A DNA stretch of 64,000 nt from Balanoglossus misakiensis (lineage: Eukaryota; Animalia; Hemichordata): the NCBI GenBank assembly GCA_040954595.2, contig JBECUI020000024.1:434001-498000 (forward strand), in the 5' to 3' direction. Each line of letters begins with the position of its first letter. Within the stretch, counting starts at the first letter, position 1. Under the pieces are notes generated by a model. The model was not told the origin of the DNA. It saw only the letters and a program-made list of their open reading frames with translations, and made no database searches. Both the position numbers and the translations under genes were made by a program. Of this stretch, positions 13,315-25,436 are shown in pieces.

Positions 13315-14141
13315 GGGACCATTCAGTTTTTACGGTGGGGGGAGGCTGGCAAAATCCAGGGGGTCACTTAAATTTTGAAATCCAAAAGAGGGAGTCATCT
13401 TTTTTTCAAACGTTTAGGGGGGAGGTCATATACATGTACCCACCGATGCTAACTTTGAGTGTAGTGGTAACAGTAAAATTGGTCCTTTCAAACATTGAGA
13501 TAATTTGCTTTTGACTTCATTAAAATGCAACTTTGAGCTACATATTTTACAAAGTTTTCTTATGTGGAAGGGGGACATCCCCTCCCACACCCATCCCCTT
13601 ATTTCTTCGCCACATATAGTGTACCAGGGCAGAATACTTGCCATCCCACCCCCACTGATGTTAACTTTGAGTGGCAAAAGTAAAATTTGTCCTCCCCAAC
13701 ATTAAGTTAATTTGCCTTTGAGTTCATTAAAATGCATTAATTGTATTTTACAAAATTGTCCTACGTACACCCACCCCTTCCACTTTTCTTGTTTTACCAA
13801 TTCTACCAACTATTGTATTGACGTGTCCTTTTAATTTATCCATAGACCTTCTTTATTGCAACGCTATACTATTATACACTTCAAATTATACATTTCTTTA
13901 AGAAATTTAGAATTGAGGTGTGAGGAGACCCTTTACCTTTATTGCATACAGTCAGTGTACATAAGATACGGATGGCAAATGTTTTCGGGGTGGGAGGAGG
14001 GTCATCATATTTTGGTCCTGTCAAAGGGGGGGGGGGGTCATCATTTTTTTGGTCCTGGTTGAAGGGGGTGTCGGCCTGATTTTGAAAACCAATGACACAA
14101 ACTTTTGCCCCCCCCCCCCTCCACCAAAACTGAACAGTCCC
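13315..14141. mobile_element. PIF/Harbinger-like MITE
   Basis: TIRs GGGACCATTCAGTTTT / AAAACTGAACAGTCCC with TTA on both sides (13312-14, 14142-44). Absent from the mirror arm (about 47805). Confidence 0.8.
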
Positions 14142-14479
14142 TTACTAAAGGACGTCAATGTCTGTTTACAGTCAAATGCATTGCCATCAGAAAAAAAAAT
14201 GCAAACAATTTCTTATGTTTGTAGTACGCACTTTTTGTATATCTGTAAACTGTGTCTCAGTTGTGAAATTCTAAGGAAATTTGTTCCTTGGGTAGAATAA
14301 AGGATTCTTAAACAAACTTAGTCACGAAAGCTAAATGGTTACCTCAGAGAAACTGTGTTAAATTTGGTCATCATTGTTTTAAATCACACAAGACATTCCC
14401 ACAGCTAAGTTACTGCAGCAGTCAGTTTCAACTCAGCTTGCAAATTGGGATCATGTCTTGTGTTCATCGAGACTGTCTG

Positions 14480-16548
14480 TAGTCGAGTTGACAGTCACTA
14501 CAACTGTATTGCAAATATGGCAGGGTTGGGCAACTCTTCTAATTTGCATTTGAACACCTTTTCTGTTTGCGTCAAAATGATGAATAATGTTTCGTTTTCA
14601 AGAATGCCTTAATATGGGCACCCAATACAAGACAACTGCATTGCAAATGGCATTTTCATTCAACTCTCCTGGGTACCTAAAACAATTTCAACATGGTTGA
14701 CATGGCAATATTAGACAACTGTTCTAATTTGCATAATCCAAAATGGCCGCCAAATTTCTCTAACATGTTAATTTCCCATATTTGTTTTAAATGGTGTGTA
14801 ATATCGAATTTGCAGGGTTTCCATTAATATGGGTACCTAAAACAATTTCAACATGGTTGACATGGCAATATTAGACAACTGATCTAATTTGCATAATTCA
14901 AACACCTGCTGGATAATTTAACTTTTGCCATTCTTGTCCCATGATTGTATGTATTATATCTCATAACAGGCAATTAAGTGTGCTAATTGTCAAGCCAATC
15001 TTAATTCTTCATCTGCACCACAAATCAGATGCAAGGTTTAGGACTGGGAGTGTATGTGGGAGCAGCATATAGGGGCCTACAGGTATCTTTAATGGCAAGT
15101 CCTCGGTTAAAGCCAGAAGGTTTTCAGGTTGTAGGCCTCTATTGTATCTACAACAGTTTCTATCACCTCCATCCCACTGGCCGGCACCCGAGGGGGGGGG
15201 GGGTACTTGAAATTTTTTCGGATGGTAGTCTGTCGCCCCAGTCGATAACATCAACACGTGTAAATGCCCAAAACCCGACCTATTTGTATTATAAGTCAAA
15301 TTTTCTGGTCATTTACCCCAAGTTTTTCTTAAAGACTACATACCTATACACCTTTGTATGGGAGAACACATCCCCCACCCCCCTGCCAACACTAATTGGA
15401 CAACTTTATTCTTGTTATACTTCTTTATAAGTCTAAATGTTCAGTAAGAAAAGGCAACAAGTTATTGAAGCTGCTGACCATGGAAACTATGATGAAGTAT
15501 ATTTTTTTCCTAGCTGTACATGTACAGTATAATTGGCCCAATGTACCAATTGGAGATGTGTGCCTTACAAGCAACACAGGTTGTATATCCAAGCCTTGTC
15601 TGTTGGCACTATGAAGGGTATTGGAAGAATGTCTCTGCTGGCCACTTTGGCCAGCCACTTTTGGCCAGCAGACTATCAAAAGGGTCAAGAAAATAGCCCT
15701 AAAAGGTATGGCACTGTATGCAAATCTAGTGCAGGAGTGGATTGATACATTTCCCATCACTGTACATGCATCATCCTGTATGGATGATATGTACTCTAGC
15801 ATTATGCACCAGATAAAAATGGTCAAAATTGCAAAAAAAAGGAGATGAAACTCCCACTGGCCTTTAACGCAATCCATAGATAAAGAGACAACATGTTCAG
15901 GCATTGGCTCTAAACATGGTGGATACTGACGAGGGTGTGGTGAATGATGGTGAATCCCTGGATGTTTTGAGGTCGGAATTCTGAAAAGGATTCCCATCGT
16001 GAGATTGAGGAACAGGATGATGCAGAGGGGCTGGCTCTTTGTGACTCCTATCAGTGGGGATAGACATATATTTGGGATACAGAGGTTGCACTTCCTTGCT
16101 TCATGATTAGTACGGTAACACTGCCAAATTTGCAACACAGTTGTATTGTTAAAGGTACCCATATGAATGTGCTAATCCTGAAAATACGCGATATTGCGCA
16201 TCATTTTGGGAAACATGGCAAAATTTCACTTTTAGTGGTGATTGGCGGCCATTTTTGATTATGCAAAATAGAAAAGTTGCCAAACACTGCCATATTTGCA
16301 ATACATAACCAATATGGATGCAAATCCTGAAATTTTAGATATTACACATAATTTGAGAAAAAAGGGCCAAGTTTTATTTTAGAGAAGGTATTTGGCGGCC
16401 ATTTTTGATCATGCATATTAGAAGAATTGTCCAACATTGCCATTTTGGCAACTCAGCTGGAATAGGTCTAGGCTCCCATATGAATGCCAATAAGCAAAAA
16501 ACTTCATAGGAAAGAAAATTTCTAGGTAGGAAAATTTTGACTCAACTT
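14480..16548. mobile_element. Academ-like DNA transposon, internally deleted
   Basis: TAGTCGAGTT terminus with a degenerate inverted right end GACTCAACT. (T)CTG is duplicated relative to the empty-site sequence GACTGTCTGGTTCTAAT seen at 55572. Long TIRs are built of 160-bp units (GGCGGCCATTTT...TATGCAAA). A decayed coding-like interior lies at 15600-16130. The superfamily call is inferred from the TAG end and 3-4 bp TSD. Confidence 0.6.
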
Positions 16549-16949
16549 CTGGTTCTAATAATAGGTGTAAGGATGTGATCGTTTGATTTTGCAACATTTT
16601 ACAATTTCAAGCTGTGTGTATTTAACTCTGGTGCAATTCTGGTTGGAGAGACAAATGGCTTAAGCCATTTAATTGAAAATATAGCACTACTTCACTAGGG
16701 TTGTGCAGTACCTTTGACAACGCTTTGAACAATGTTGCAAAAAGCTTTGTGTTGAAGCTTGCTACAAGACTTGGCGTGCTGAAGCCTCTTATACTAGTCT
16801 TAGTTGAACCTCAGCTGTAACTACGTTTGTGAAACCTTAACATTCAAATCTTTGGCCAAAGTTAGTGTTGCAAAGCTTCTTCAAAGTTTTGTGAACCTCA
16901 ACAATGCTTTTCTATAGAAACCTTTAAACATGCGGGGGGGGGGGGGGGG

Positions 16950-17153
16950 TGTAGTATTCTGACAGCTACGATCAATATAGCGCCCTCTAGTGTTGCATTG
17001 TTGGTGTTCCACTTGTTTATGAATTGCTGTACGACGTCACTTCCGCCCAGATAAGGCGAAGCACATTGTTGAGTCTTTTCAGCCGATCAATAAATAGGTT
17101 GTTGTTATACCTTATGATCGCATTATTATTCCCATGTTGATGGAAACATAACA
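16950..17153 (+). repeat. 5' LTR (204 bp)
   Basis: TGTAGTATTC...AAACATAACA, containing AATAAA and a CTCF-like TAGCGCCCTCTAGTG. One difference seen versus the 3' LTR (ACGACGTC vs ACGATGTC). Confidence 0.95.
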
Positions 17154-17167
17154 TGGTGGCAGCGGTG
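17154..17167 (+). promoter_or_regulatory. Primer binding site, tRNA-Leu
   Basis: TGGTGGCAGCGGTG directly follows the LTR and is complementary to the tRNA-Leu(AAG/TAG)-type 3' end CACCGCUGCCACCA. Confidence 0.85.
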
Positions 17168-17263
17168 AACGTGAGTGATCAGATGTAAGCAGACTTTACA
17201 CACTATCGACTACACAAGACACCAAAACTACAGAAGAAAAGACCATCGAACTGACCTGACAAG

Positions 17264-20200
17264 ATGGCGGCCGCACTACAAACGCCCTTCACAGCCCCAA
17301 AGATGGAATGGGACGCGCCAGATCTAGCAATAGCCTTCAGTCGTTTTCGTCAAAAATGTGAGTTAACATTTAAGACAGCACTTAAAGATGCTAACGATGA
17401 AGAGAAAGCTAGCTACATACTTCTATGGTCCGGTGAACCAGGTCTTGACAAATACAACAGTTGGTCGTTTGAAAATGAAGACCAGCGGAAAGACCCCACA
17501 GTACTATTCGACAAATTTTCCGAACACTTAGAGCCGAAGTCGAATCATCGCATACATAGATACCAATTCCAAGATATGAGACAAGACCCTGGAGAACCAG
17601 TTGATGATTTCTTTTCGAAATTGAAAAATGAAGCCGCCAAATGCAAATTTGGGGATACAAAAGAACAGGAAGCAAGACTCGTAGATCAGTTGATATGGGG
17701 GATCTGTCACCAAGAAATACAGAAGAAACTTATTGGGCGTGATGAGAAACTGACCTTGAAGGAGGCGCTCGATATAGCTAGAGGTCACGAAGCCACAACA
17801 AAACACATGAAAACGCTCACAAATTGCCATATTGCTAATCCTGTGGATAGCAAAGCTGTCAACGCAGTAAAAAGGCAGCCCAACAAGACACACCCTAAAC
17901 AATGTAAGCATTGCGGAAAAAAGCATGACACCTCAGTGAAAAGTAACTGCCCAGCATATGGCTCGAAATGCCGAAATTGTGGGAAACCTAATCACTGGCA
18001 GGTGGTATGCCGTTCCAAAACCAGCTCAAGCGAACCGAAGTCACAGCAGAGACGAGGTGGAAAACCAATCCATAATGTGACACGCTCGAGCAGCAACATG
18101 CATCAAATAGATGATGAAGTCCTAGATGTTGGAACTATCGAAATAAATGCATTGGACAACATCAACAGACAAGAAGAAATATACACGAAACTGACAATCA
18201 CACAGAGCGAAAAGAAAAGGAAAGTAGCACTGAGATGCAAGTTTGATACCGGTGCACAGAGCAATATACTGCCCCTCTGCCTTTTCAAGATCATATTTCC
18301 AGAGAAACTGGATAAACACGGAAATCCAAAACGCGGGCACGTGAAGGAAAATAAAACAATCCTTACCGCATATGGAGGTTCCAAAATCAAACAGCTTGGC
18401 ACCATCGTCATTCCATGTGAACATAGAGAGAGGAAAATCAGATGCCTCTTCTATGTAACTGACGCCGCAGGCCCAGCCATTTTAGGGTTAAAGGCAAGCA
18501 GAGCCTTAAACCTGATACAAATAAACTGTTCAGTAGAAGCCATACAAGTGCAGGCGAGCCCAGAGTGCAAGACAGCACAGCCTGGAAGAAATGTGGAAGT
18601 GGAAAAGAGAAAGATGAACGAACAGAAGCCAGCAGGAAGAAACAGAAACCCTGCAGATGACTACATAGACAGTAATACACCCATCAGGGACCGCCCTCCC
18701 ATAAAGAACAAAGAACAGGTGCTGAGGATGTACCCTGATTGCTTTGACGACGTGGTCGGATGTTTTGAAAACTACACATACCACATCACTCTTGATCCAG
18801 AAGTACAACCAGTAGTACACCCTGCCCGCAGAGTTCCATTAGAACTAATGGATAGACTCAAAACCGAGCTGCAGGAGATGGAAGATAAGCAAATCATCGC
18901 CAAAGTGAACCAGCCTACGAACTGGGTCAATTCTCTTGTTGTCCGGGAGAAAGACAATGGAAGACTTCGCATTTGTCTGGACCCGAAGGACTTGAACAAA
19001 GCCATTAAAAGGGATCATTACCCTACACCCACATTGGAGGAGATTACCCCAAAGTTGGCAGGCGCAACACTTTTCAGCAAGCTAGACGCGCGGAACGGAT
19101 ACTGGAATGTAAAGATCGATGAAGAATCATCCTTCCTGACGACCTTTAACACACCATATGGCCGTTACAGATTCCTACGAATGCCATTTGGGCTAAGGAT
19201 GAGCCAAGATGTGTTTCAATTCAAAATTGATGAAACATACAGAGAGTGTGAAGGTGCAGTCGGCATTGCAGACGATATACAAGTCTTCGGATCAGGAGAG
19301 CGACACCATGACCTGCATCTACACGAAGCCATGGAACGAACCAGGAAAGCAGGCATTAAACTGAACAAAGAGAAATGCTACATCAAGACAAAAGAATGTA
19401 GTTTCTTTGGCATGTTATACACAGAAGACGGAGTTAAACCCAACCCAGAAAAGGTCAAGGCGATAGAGATGATGCATCCGCCTAGAGACAAGAACGAACT
19501 GCGCACATTCCTCGGAATGGTGAACTACATGGGTTCATTCATACCCAGATTAGCTGAACACACAGCACCACTGAGAGAGCTCATCAGAGACGACACTGAG
19601 TTTGAGTGGTCTCCGACACACACAAAGTCTTTCAATATGATCAAGGACCTGATCAGCACAAAGACTACACTTGCTTACTACGACCGTAAGAAGCCTGTCA
19701 CTCTACAAGTCGACGCATCGGGAAAGGGAATCGGAGCGGTGCTCATACAGGAACAGAGACCTATAGCATTTGCGTCCAAGGCCCTGACACCAGCGGAAAC
19801 CCGATACGCCAATATAGAAAGAGAACTACTCGCGGTAGTCTACGGATGTGAGAAGTTTCGCACATATCTCTACGGCAGAAGTTTCATAGTAGAGAGTGAT
19901 CATCGACCGTTGGAGCAAATTCAGAGGAAGAATTTGACCAAGGCACCACCCCGATTACAGAGAATGCTGTTGCGCATACAGCCGTATGATTTCACCATAC
20001 ACTACAAGCCAGGCAAACAGATGATACTTGCCGACGCACTATGTAGACTGTCACCACAAGATCAGAACGAAATCAGTGACATGAAAGTCTAGATACACCA
20101 CCTGGTGAAGATCACACCAATGAGACAGATGGAGATCAAAGAAGAAACTACCAAAGATGAAATTCTTCAATTATTGATCGAGCAAGTCCTGAAAGGATGG

Positions 20201-21415
20201 CCAGATAGCATCAAGGACATTCACGCTGATATTCGACCCTACTGGTCTATTCGAGACGATATCGCTATTGAAGATGGTATTATCCTGATAGGCAGCCGAC
20301 TCCTCATACCAGCAGTAATGAGAGATGAAATGCTACAACGCATTCATAGCAGTCACCTGGGGATCGAGAAATGCAAGCTGAGAGCCAGATCCAGCGTGTA
20401 CTGGCCTGGAATTTGTAAAGATATAGAGAGACTAGTAACAGGATGCAACGCGTGCCAGAAATTCCAGAATTCCCAGCAGAAGGAACCGATGATTCCAATG
20501 GAAATTCCACCACGACCGTGGCACACAATTGGAGCAGACCTATTCTACGTGAACCAAACATGGTACATGATAGTTGCTGACTACTACTCCAAGTTCCCCT
20601 TCATTAGGAAACTTGAAGACCTCAGAGCCAGTACCATTATGAGAGCCCTCCGAATTCTATTTGCAGAGCAAGGAATACCCGAGAAACTAGTTTGTGACAA
20701 CGGATCTCAGTTTACAGCTAGAGACTTCCACAGCCTAACTGAGAAGTATGGTTTTGCGATAGTCACATCATCACCATACTATCCCAAAGGGCACGGTTTT
20801 ATCGAGCGACATGTACAGACCGTGAAGAACATCCTGATGAAGTGCAAAGAGTCCGGAGATGATCCGAATCTAGCATTGTTGGCACTTCGCGCGACTCCAT
20901 TGAAGTCCAACATACCATCACCAGCTGAGTTGCTGAACAGCAGAGCATACAAGACAACTCTCCCAGCCAAAATTCACCCAGCAAGAAACGGGGAGGAAGT
21001 TCGTCAATACCTGACATCTCAACAGCAGGCCCAGACTTCCAGCCACGACCAGCACTCCAGACAACTACCATAATTGCTGACAGGTCAACAAGTCCATGTA
21101 CAAAGCCCAATCAGCAAAACATGGAGTCCAGCGAGAGTTGTAGCCCCAGCAAACACACCTAGGTCCTACACCGTGAAGTTAGACAACGGGAAACAAATGC
21201 GACGCAACAGGATCCACATGAAACCAGTCAGCGCAGAACTGAAACCAGCACAGACAGGGATGGATCAACACAATATTGCACCAGCAGTCACAGACGGAAC
21301 ACCGCCTCAACAACCCGCAATGCCAGCGTCACCAGCCCAAGAATCGTTGAGATCAACACGAACCAGAACAAATATACAAAAGCCGTCTCGATACAAAGAT
21401 TATGTGACTGATTGA
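17264..21415 (+). pseudogene. gag-pol polyprotein (Gag zinc knuckles, aspartic protease, RT, RNase H, integrase) with two in-frame stops
   Basis: ORFs 17264-20092, 20105-21073 and 21074-21415 share one frame. Motifs: CKHCGKKH..C and CRNCGKPNHW..VC, FDTGAQSN, LRICLDP/MPFGL/IADD, VDAS..GIGAVL, HSSHLGIEKC..C..C, and integrase ADLF/CDNG/ER. Stops are TAG 20090-92 and TAA 21071-73. Confidence 0.93.
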
Positions 21416-21621
21416 TAGCTTTTTCTGATATTGAGATACGCCATTTGTTCCACAGAAAGTTGAGTTATACAGAGGAAAATTTATCACATTTTTCCCAGAG
21501 TATTTTTCATGTTCGTTGCGTTTGATTTTGACAAAGACTGATTCAAGATGAATGCAGAGTTTGCACAGGACAATTCACAGTGACATTCGTATTCAAAAAG
21601 AGTTTTGAAACAATTTATCTT

Positions 21622-21634
21622 AAAGAAGAGGGGA
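21622..21634 (+). promoter_or_regulatory. Polypurine tract
   Basis: AAAGAAGAGGGGA lies immediately 5' of the 3' LTR. Confidence 0.88.
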
Positions 21635-22223
21635 TGTAGTATTCTGACAGCTTAGTCTGGTTCCCTGCCCCAATCCCACCGCTGGCTGCGCTACACTAAA
21701 GGGAAAGGGTCAGGCACGGCCTATTGTAAACATGGCTCTCATTGGTCAATACATACGAAAATTAAGTTGTTAAATTGATAAGTTGTTGTAAGATACTCAT
21801 TTCCCGTTCTCTCCTTCACCTCCATGAATGTTTATCATTCGATTTCCAACTTTACAACAAACGAAACAAAATAAACTGCCTGGATGAATCTTGACTGGCA
21901 TACGGACATTGGAGGCATCCATCTTGTTTCACACCCAGGTTTCTGGGTGTGAAATCGGGCCGTACCTGACCCCTTTCCCTTTAGCGTAGCGCAGCCAGCG
22001 GTGGGATTGGGGCAGGGAACCAGACTATCTGACAGCTACGATCAATATAGCGCCCTCTAGTGTTGCATTGTTGGTGTTCCACTTGTTTATGAATTGCTGT
22101 ACGATGTCACTTCCGCCCAGATAAGGCGAAGCACATTGTTGAGTCTTTTCAGCCGATCAATAAATAGGTTGTTGTTATACCTTATGATCGCATTATTATT
22201 CCCATGTTGATGGAAACATAACA
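21635..22223 (+). repeat. 3' LTR interrupted by a MITE
   Basis: LTR sequence runs 21635-21652 and resumes at 22028-22223. Confidence 0.95.
21653..22027. mobile_element. 375-bp MITE, about 69-bp TIRs, 10-bp TSD
   Basis: TAGTCTGGTTCCCTGCCCC... / ...GGGGCAGGGAACCAGACTA. TCTGACAGCT is duplicated at 21643-52 and 22028-37, and the 5' LTR gives the empty site. Confidence 0.93.
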
Positions 22224-23650
22224 GGGGGGACACCAACATCGTAGTCAGTGAGGTCATCTATGGTGGTGGGCGCGTCTTCCACTCGGCACTCCTCCGCGCA
22301 CGCTTGGGGGATAAAAAATGCATCAAAAACCCCTGGCGCGTCCTCGCTCCCCCTGCGTCGATGGATTCTGTGCGACTGCTTCCGCCCCCGTCCTCTCTGG
22401 TTGCTGTGTCCGGATTGATGATGTTTTCCGGTGAGGTCGGATTTCCCGGAATTCTTCCTGTCGTGATTGGGATACCCACCTCAGCAGTATGCTAAGGACA
22501 CGCCAGTGGATGAGAATCGCTGGTGTGGTGGGGGAGCTCAGTCGGAACCTGTTCGGCACCTCCCACCCCCGGAAGACGCACAGGCGCTTCATCATCACCA
22601 TGGACTCCGGTGAACAAAAGGATTCCGTAGGGATCCGTCCAGGTCCGCCCCTGCGGATATAGAAGTCTAGCAGGTCGGGTATTTCATTTCCTGGACCACA
22701 CAGCCAGTATAGGTGAGTTTCTCTAACGCCTCCACCGCGTCCCGCTCGCGGAATACTACCGGCTTCTCAGTAAAAATAACTGGAAGGTGGCACTGAAAGG
22801 CGTGTTTCTTCAGTTTGCGCGTGGACCTCCGGCCTCCCGGGAACGGACATGGAGAAGGGCCTGATGAGTAATGTGGAACAGAGGATAGGGGGCTCCTTCG
22901 GGCCGGCCTAGCGCTCCTCCAGCGGCGTTCGTCTTCTTTGGGCGGTTCCGGCGTCGGAAACCGGATCGGTGATCGACGTCTGGGGCTGAGATCTCCCCAG
23001 CGTGAAAAGGATGGTCGTTAACGGGAAGGTGGGCGGTCCCGCCTTTCCTCTCGAGAACGCTCCGGTCGCGGCGACCGGGTTGGGGATCTGGACCTAGTAG
23101 GGCTGCCGGGGTGGCGTCGAAGTTCCCAGGGGATTAGATATTCCCCCGCCTCCAACGTCGCCTCCAGCTCCAATGGGTTGATCAGTGACTGCAGCGGCAG
23201 CATTTCTTGGCGTGGGGGTGATGGCTCCTGCAGCAGCCGTTGGTTTCCCCCGTCTCTCGCTACTGCTATTGGGGGTGATACACGGGTGCGGGGTGGGTCT
23301 GGCCCTTCCGACACCTCCATCGCCTGGTCCTTGTCGCCACCGAGTACCTGTTTTTCCAGCTGCGGATCCCGGAAGATGCTCAAAGTTTCCTCCAGGTCGT
23401 CAGCTGCGGTGGTGGTTCTTGTGGGCTCTTGCGGGGAGATATGGCCAACGAATCCCCCACGTACGCGGCCTGGATTGAACTCCCGAGGTAGTGTGCAGGT
23501 TTTTATGGCTGCGTCGGATGGTACGGGCAGGTTGGCTTCGGTCTTTTCCTTCCCGTATACATGCATGGCCTCCTCCCGTACCGTGGACATCCATCCTATG
23601 TCGCCTAGAACCGTGGCTACTTGACAGTTCTCACGGAGCATCAGGAACAG
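22224..23650 (-). pseudogene. GC-rich disrupted retroelement accessory-ORF fragment (RS/P-rich linker plus degenerate C2H2-like module)
   Basis: Sharp GC shift. Minus-strand pieces read ...PGSPTRSRSPTRSPRPERSR..., CPFPGGRRSTRKLKKHAFQCHLPVIF (about 22850-22773) and SPTTPAILIHWRVLSILL, broken by stops and frameshifts. Confidence 0.55.
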
Positions 23651-23665
23651 TATTTTATGTCTCAC

Positions 23666-23872
23666 CTCCACTTCAGTTGTCGCTGTTGTATTTAATGTGG
23701 ACGATGTTTTATATCTGTTGATAACCAATGGGCCTAGTTTAACTGTGGCACCTACATCCAGTGGCAGCGCTGTTTTCTCACCCCAAAGGTTGACTTCAGC
23801 ATCTCTTGTGCCATCAGTTATGGTCAGTTTACGTCTCTTTGTAGAATTCGATGTATGTGTCACTGATTCATA
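23666..23872 (-). CDS. OB-fold (SSB/RPA-like) gene, downstream coding exon
   Basis: CAG acceptor at 23875-73, then 207 nt in phase 0: YESVTHTSNSTKRRKLTITDGTRDAEVNLWGEKTALPLDVGATVKLGPLVINRYKTSSTLNTTATTEVE, an OB-fold pattern (D-x-T...LWG...G-x-x-V...Y...L). GTGAG donor at 23665. Confidence 0.7.
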
Positions 23873-24289
23873 CTGTAGTGGAAATAAAATGGAAAACATT
23901 GAATGTTAATAATTACGAGTAGTAAATGTTGTGGAGAAATAGTGCAAGAGTGGTTGTTTTTTGTCAGTTGCTTTTTAAAATTTGAACTGCACAATGATGA
24001 ATCGATGGCAGTAATTTTGACCCGAGGTGAGTTGACAAGGCATGGTTGTATCATATAAATGGATTTTCAATGTACGTGATCGCATGGAGGCTGCCATATT
24101 GGATTACATCCGAAGACCTTCCCATTGGGCTTCGGTTGAATTCGGGAAAGGTCTCTAAAATGTAATGGGTCATTCAATTTTGTAGAGTAAATTTCTAAAA
24201 ATGTAGAAGATGGGAGGTTAAGATACCCAAAATGACTACGGCAAAAAAAAAGTCAGGCCCATAAGTTACGGGGTGCGATTATAACGTAC

Positions 24290-24559
24290 CTTTGCTCTAT
24301 CATAGAGGCAAATGGTATTATCTCTTCCAGTGGAAAAGTTGCGGAGCTGTACGTATTCTCCCTTCTGTAATCTGTTCAGCCACTTCGGATTTTCTTTCCA
24401 GAATTTAAGATCCAGAACGTTGCCATCCTGCTGCATACAAGGCACGCTAAACAGTTTCCCGTTGGCGGAATTCCGGATCTCGACATCCTCCATGAGGCGC
24501 AATTTCAGTGCCACGCCTTGGCTGGTTGGGGATGAGGGACCGGGAGCCGGGGATGCCAT
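24290..24559 (-). CDS. OB-fold (SSB/RPA-like) gene, first coding exon
   Basis: TTTTTCAG acceptor (24573), ATG at 24559, 90 codons MASPAPGP...DGNVLDLKFWKENPKWLNRLQKGEYVQLRNFS...DRAK, and a GTACGT donor at 24289 (phase 0). Confidence 0.65.
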
Positions 24560-24844
24560 AACGCCGTTAAACCTGAAAAATAGATTGAGAGTGGATATTG
24601 TTTTACACAATTTTTGAACATTGAAGTAAAGTATTAGAATGATGGAGTCCGATAAAAAAGTGAGTTGGTGATTGCGGCATCCGACTTCGTTATTAAAAAT
24701 GGAAAGATTTGCGATTTGAGATTCGGTTACCATTTGCAAGTTTGAAAGGAAATATTTCATTGAAGCACAGTGGCAACTACTGGGTTATGGAGAATTTTTG
24801 AAATGTTGATGAACGGAGACTTATTAGAATCAATGAAAACCTAC

Positions 24845-24995
24845 CTTTAACGGTGTTACGGTTACTAAACGTGAGAGACCGCTTGTCTCGTTCATCCGAT
24901 TCTGAGCTCCTAGCTCTTGTGGAGACATGCGGAGGTACAGCGGGTTAACGGTTAGAAAGTGTTGATGAAAGAAATAAGTTTATAGGCCAATCAGG
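24845..24995 (-). promoter_or_regulatory. Promoter and non-coding first exon of the OB-fold gene
   Basis: The minus strand reads ATTGG then TATAAA (about 24991-24979), with an AAG|GTAGGT donor at 24844. The same module is copied at 26530-26690 and, in part, at 39535-39645. Confidence 0.45.
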
Positions 24996-25339
24996 AGTTA
25001 GATTCGAATGTCCGAAAATGAGCTCGAGAAACCGTAGGCGAACGCAACAGACAGCAATTTAAATTTGCATAACTAGAGGTTTGGGTGGAAAGATTTCAGA
25101 ATTTAACGCACATATACAGATATTTTGTAGTGGAAATTTGAGTATATTATAAATAGTACATGTAATAAGACTGTGAATTGATTTTATTTACTGACAATTA
25201 AATGAAGTTACCCTTTGAGTATGGGTGTTTATCGAGGGGGAGGGGGTCCCAAAAAATGTTAGAAACTGTTGAAGATGAAACCGGAAAGATGTAGCAAATT
25301 CGTTAGTTTTCCCTTTTTTGGAAATTATGCTCGAAGCGT

Positions 25340-25436
25340 GTGATTGGTCAATTAGTCAGAAGGGGATTGGTTGGAAATAGTCGAATATGATTGGGCAATA
25401 AGATCGAAGCTGAAATCCCTCAGGCTGTATAAATAC
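25340..25436 (+). promoter_or_regulatory. Divergent promoter-like cluster (3 ATTGG boxes plus TATA)
   Basis: ATTGG at about 25343, 25366 and 25390, and TATAAATA at 25428. Confidence 0.3.

Larger units (their letters stand above)
1639..15576 (+). repeat. Left outer arm of giant degenerate inverted repeat
   Basis: Collinear reverse-complement matches to 45933-56642: 1641-1750 to 56530-56640, 5850-6400 to 50830-51397, 8190-8790 to 49950-50560, 14340-14500 to 47440-47605, 15250-15576 to 45933-46275. Interrupted by arm-specific insertions. Confidence 0.92.
16950..22223 (+). mobile_element. Full-length Ty3/Gypsy LTR retrotransposon (Mag-like)
   Basis: TG...CA LTRs at 16950-17153 and 21635-22223, with PBS, PPT and a single gag-pol frame. 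Inserted in a poly-G tract (G16 on the left, G6 on the right), so the TSD is probably G4-5. Confidence 0.97.

Noticed and set aside
15425-16162. 245-aa minus-strand ORF as a gene
   Set aside because: No recognisable domain. It lies inside the Academ-like element, and its distal part is not conserved as an ORF in the mirror arm.
17409-21110. Antisense ORFs within the Gypsy element
   Set aside because: Shadow frames of gag-pol with no motifs.
21996-22008. MITE TIR contains CAGCGGTGGGATT, complementary to the tRNA-Leu 3' region like the Gypsy PBS
   Set aside because: Only 13 nt, lacks the TGG (CCA complement), and has no tRNA structure. Probably coincidence.
23018-23899. 293-aa ORF as a single protein
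   Set aside because: It is a chance read-through from an OB-fold exon across its GT donor (23665) into an unrelated GC-rich insert.
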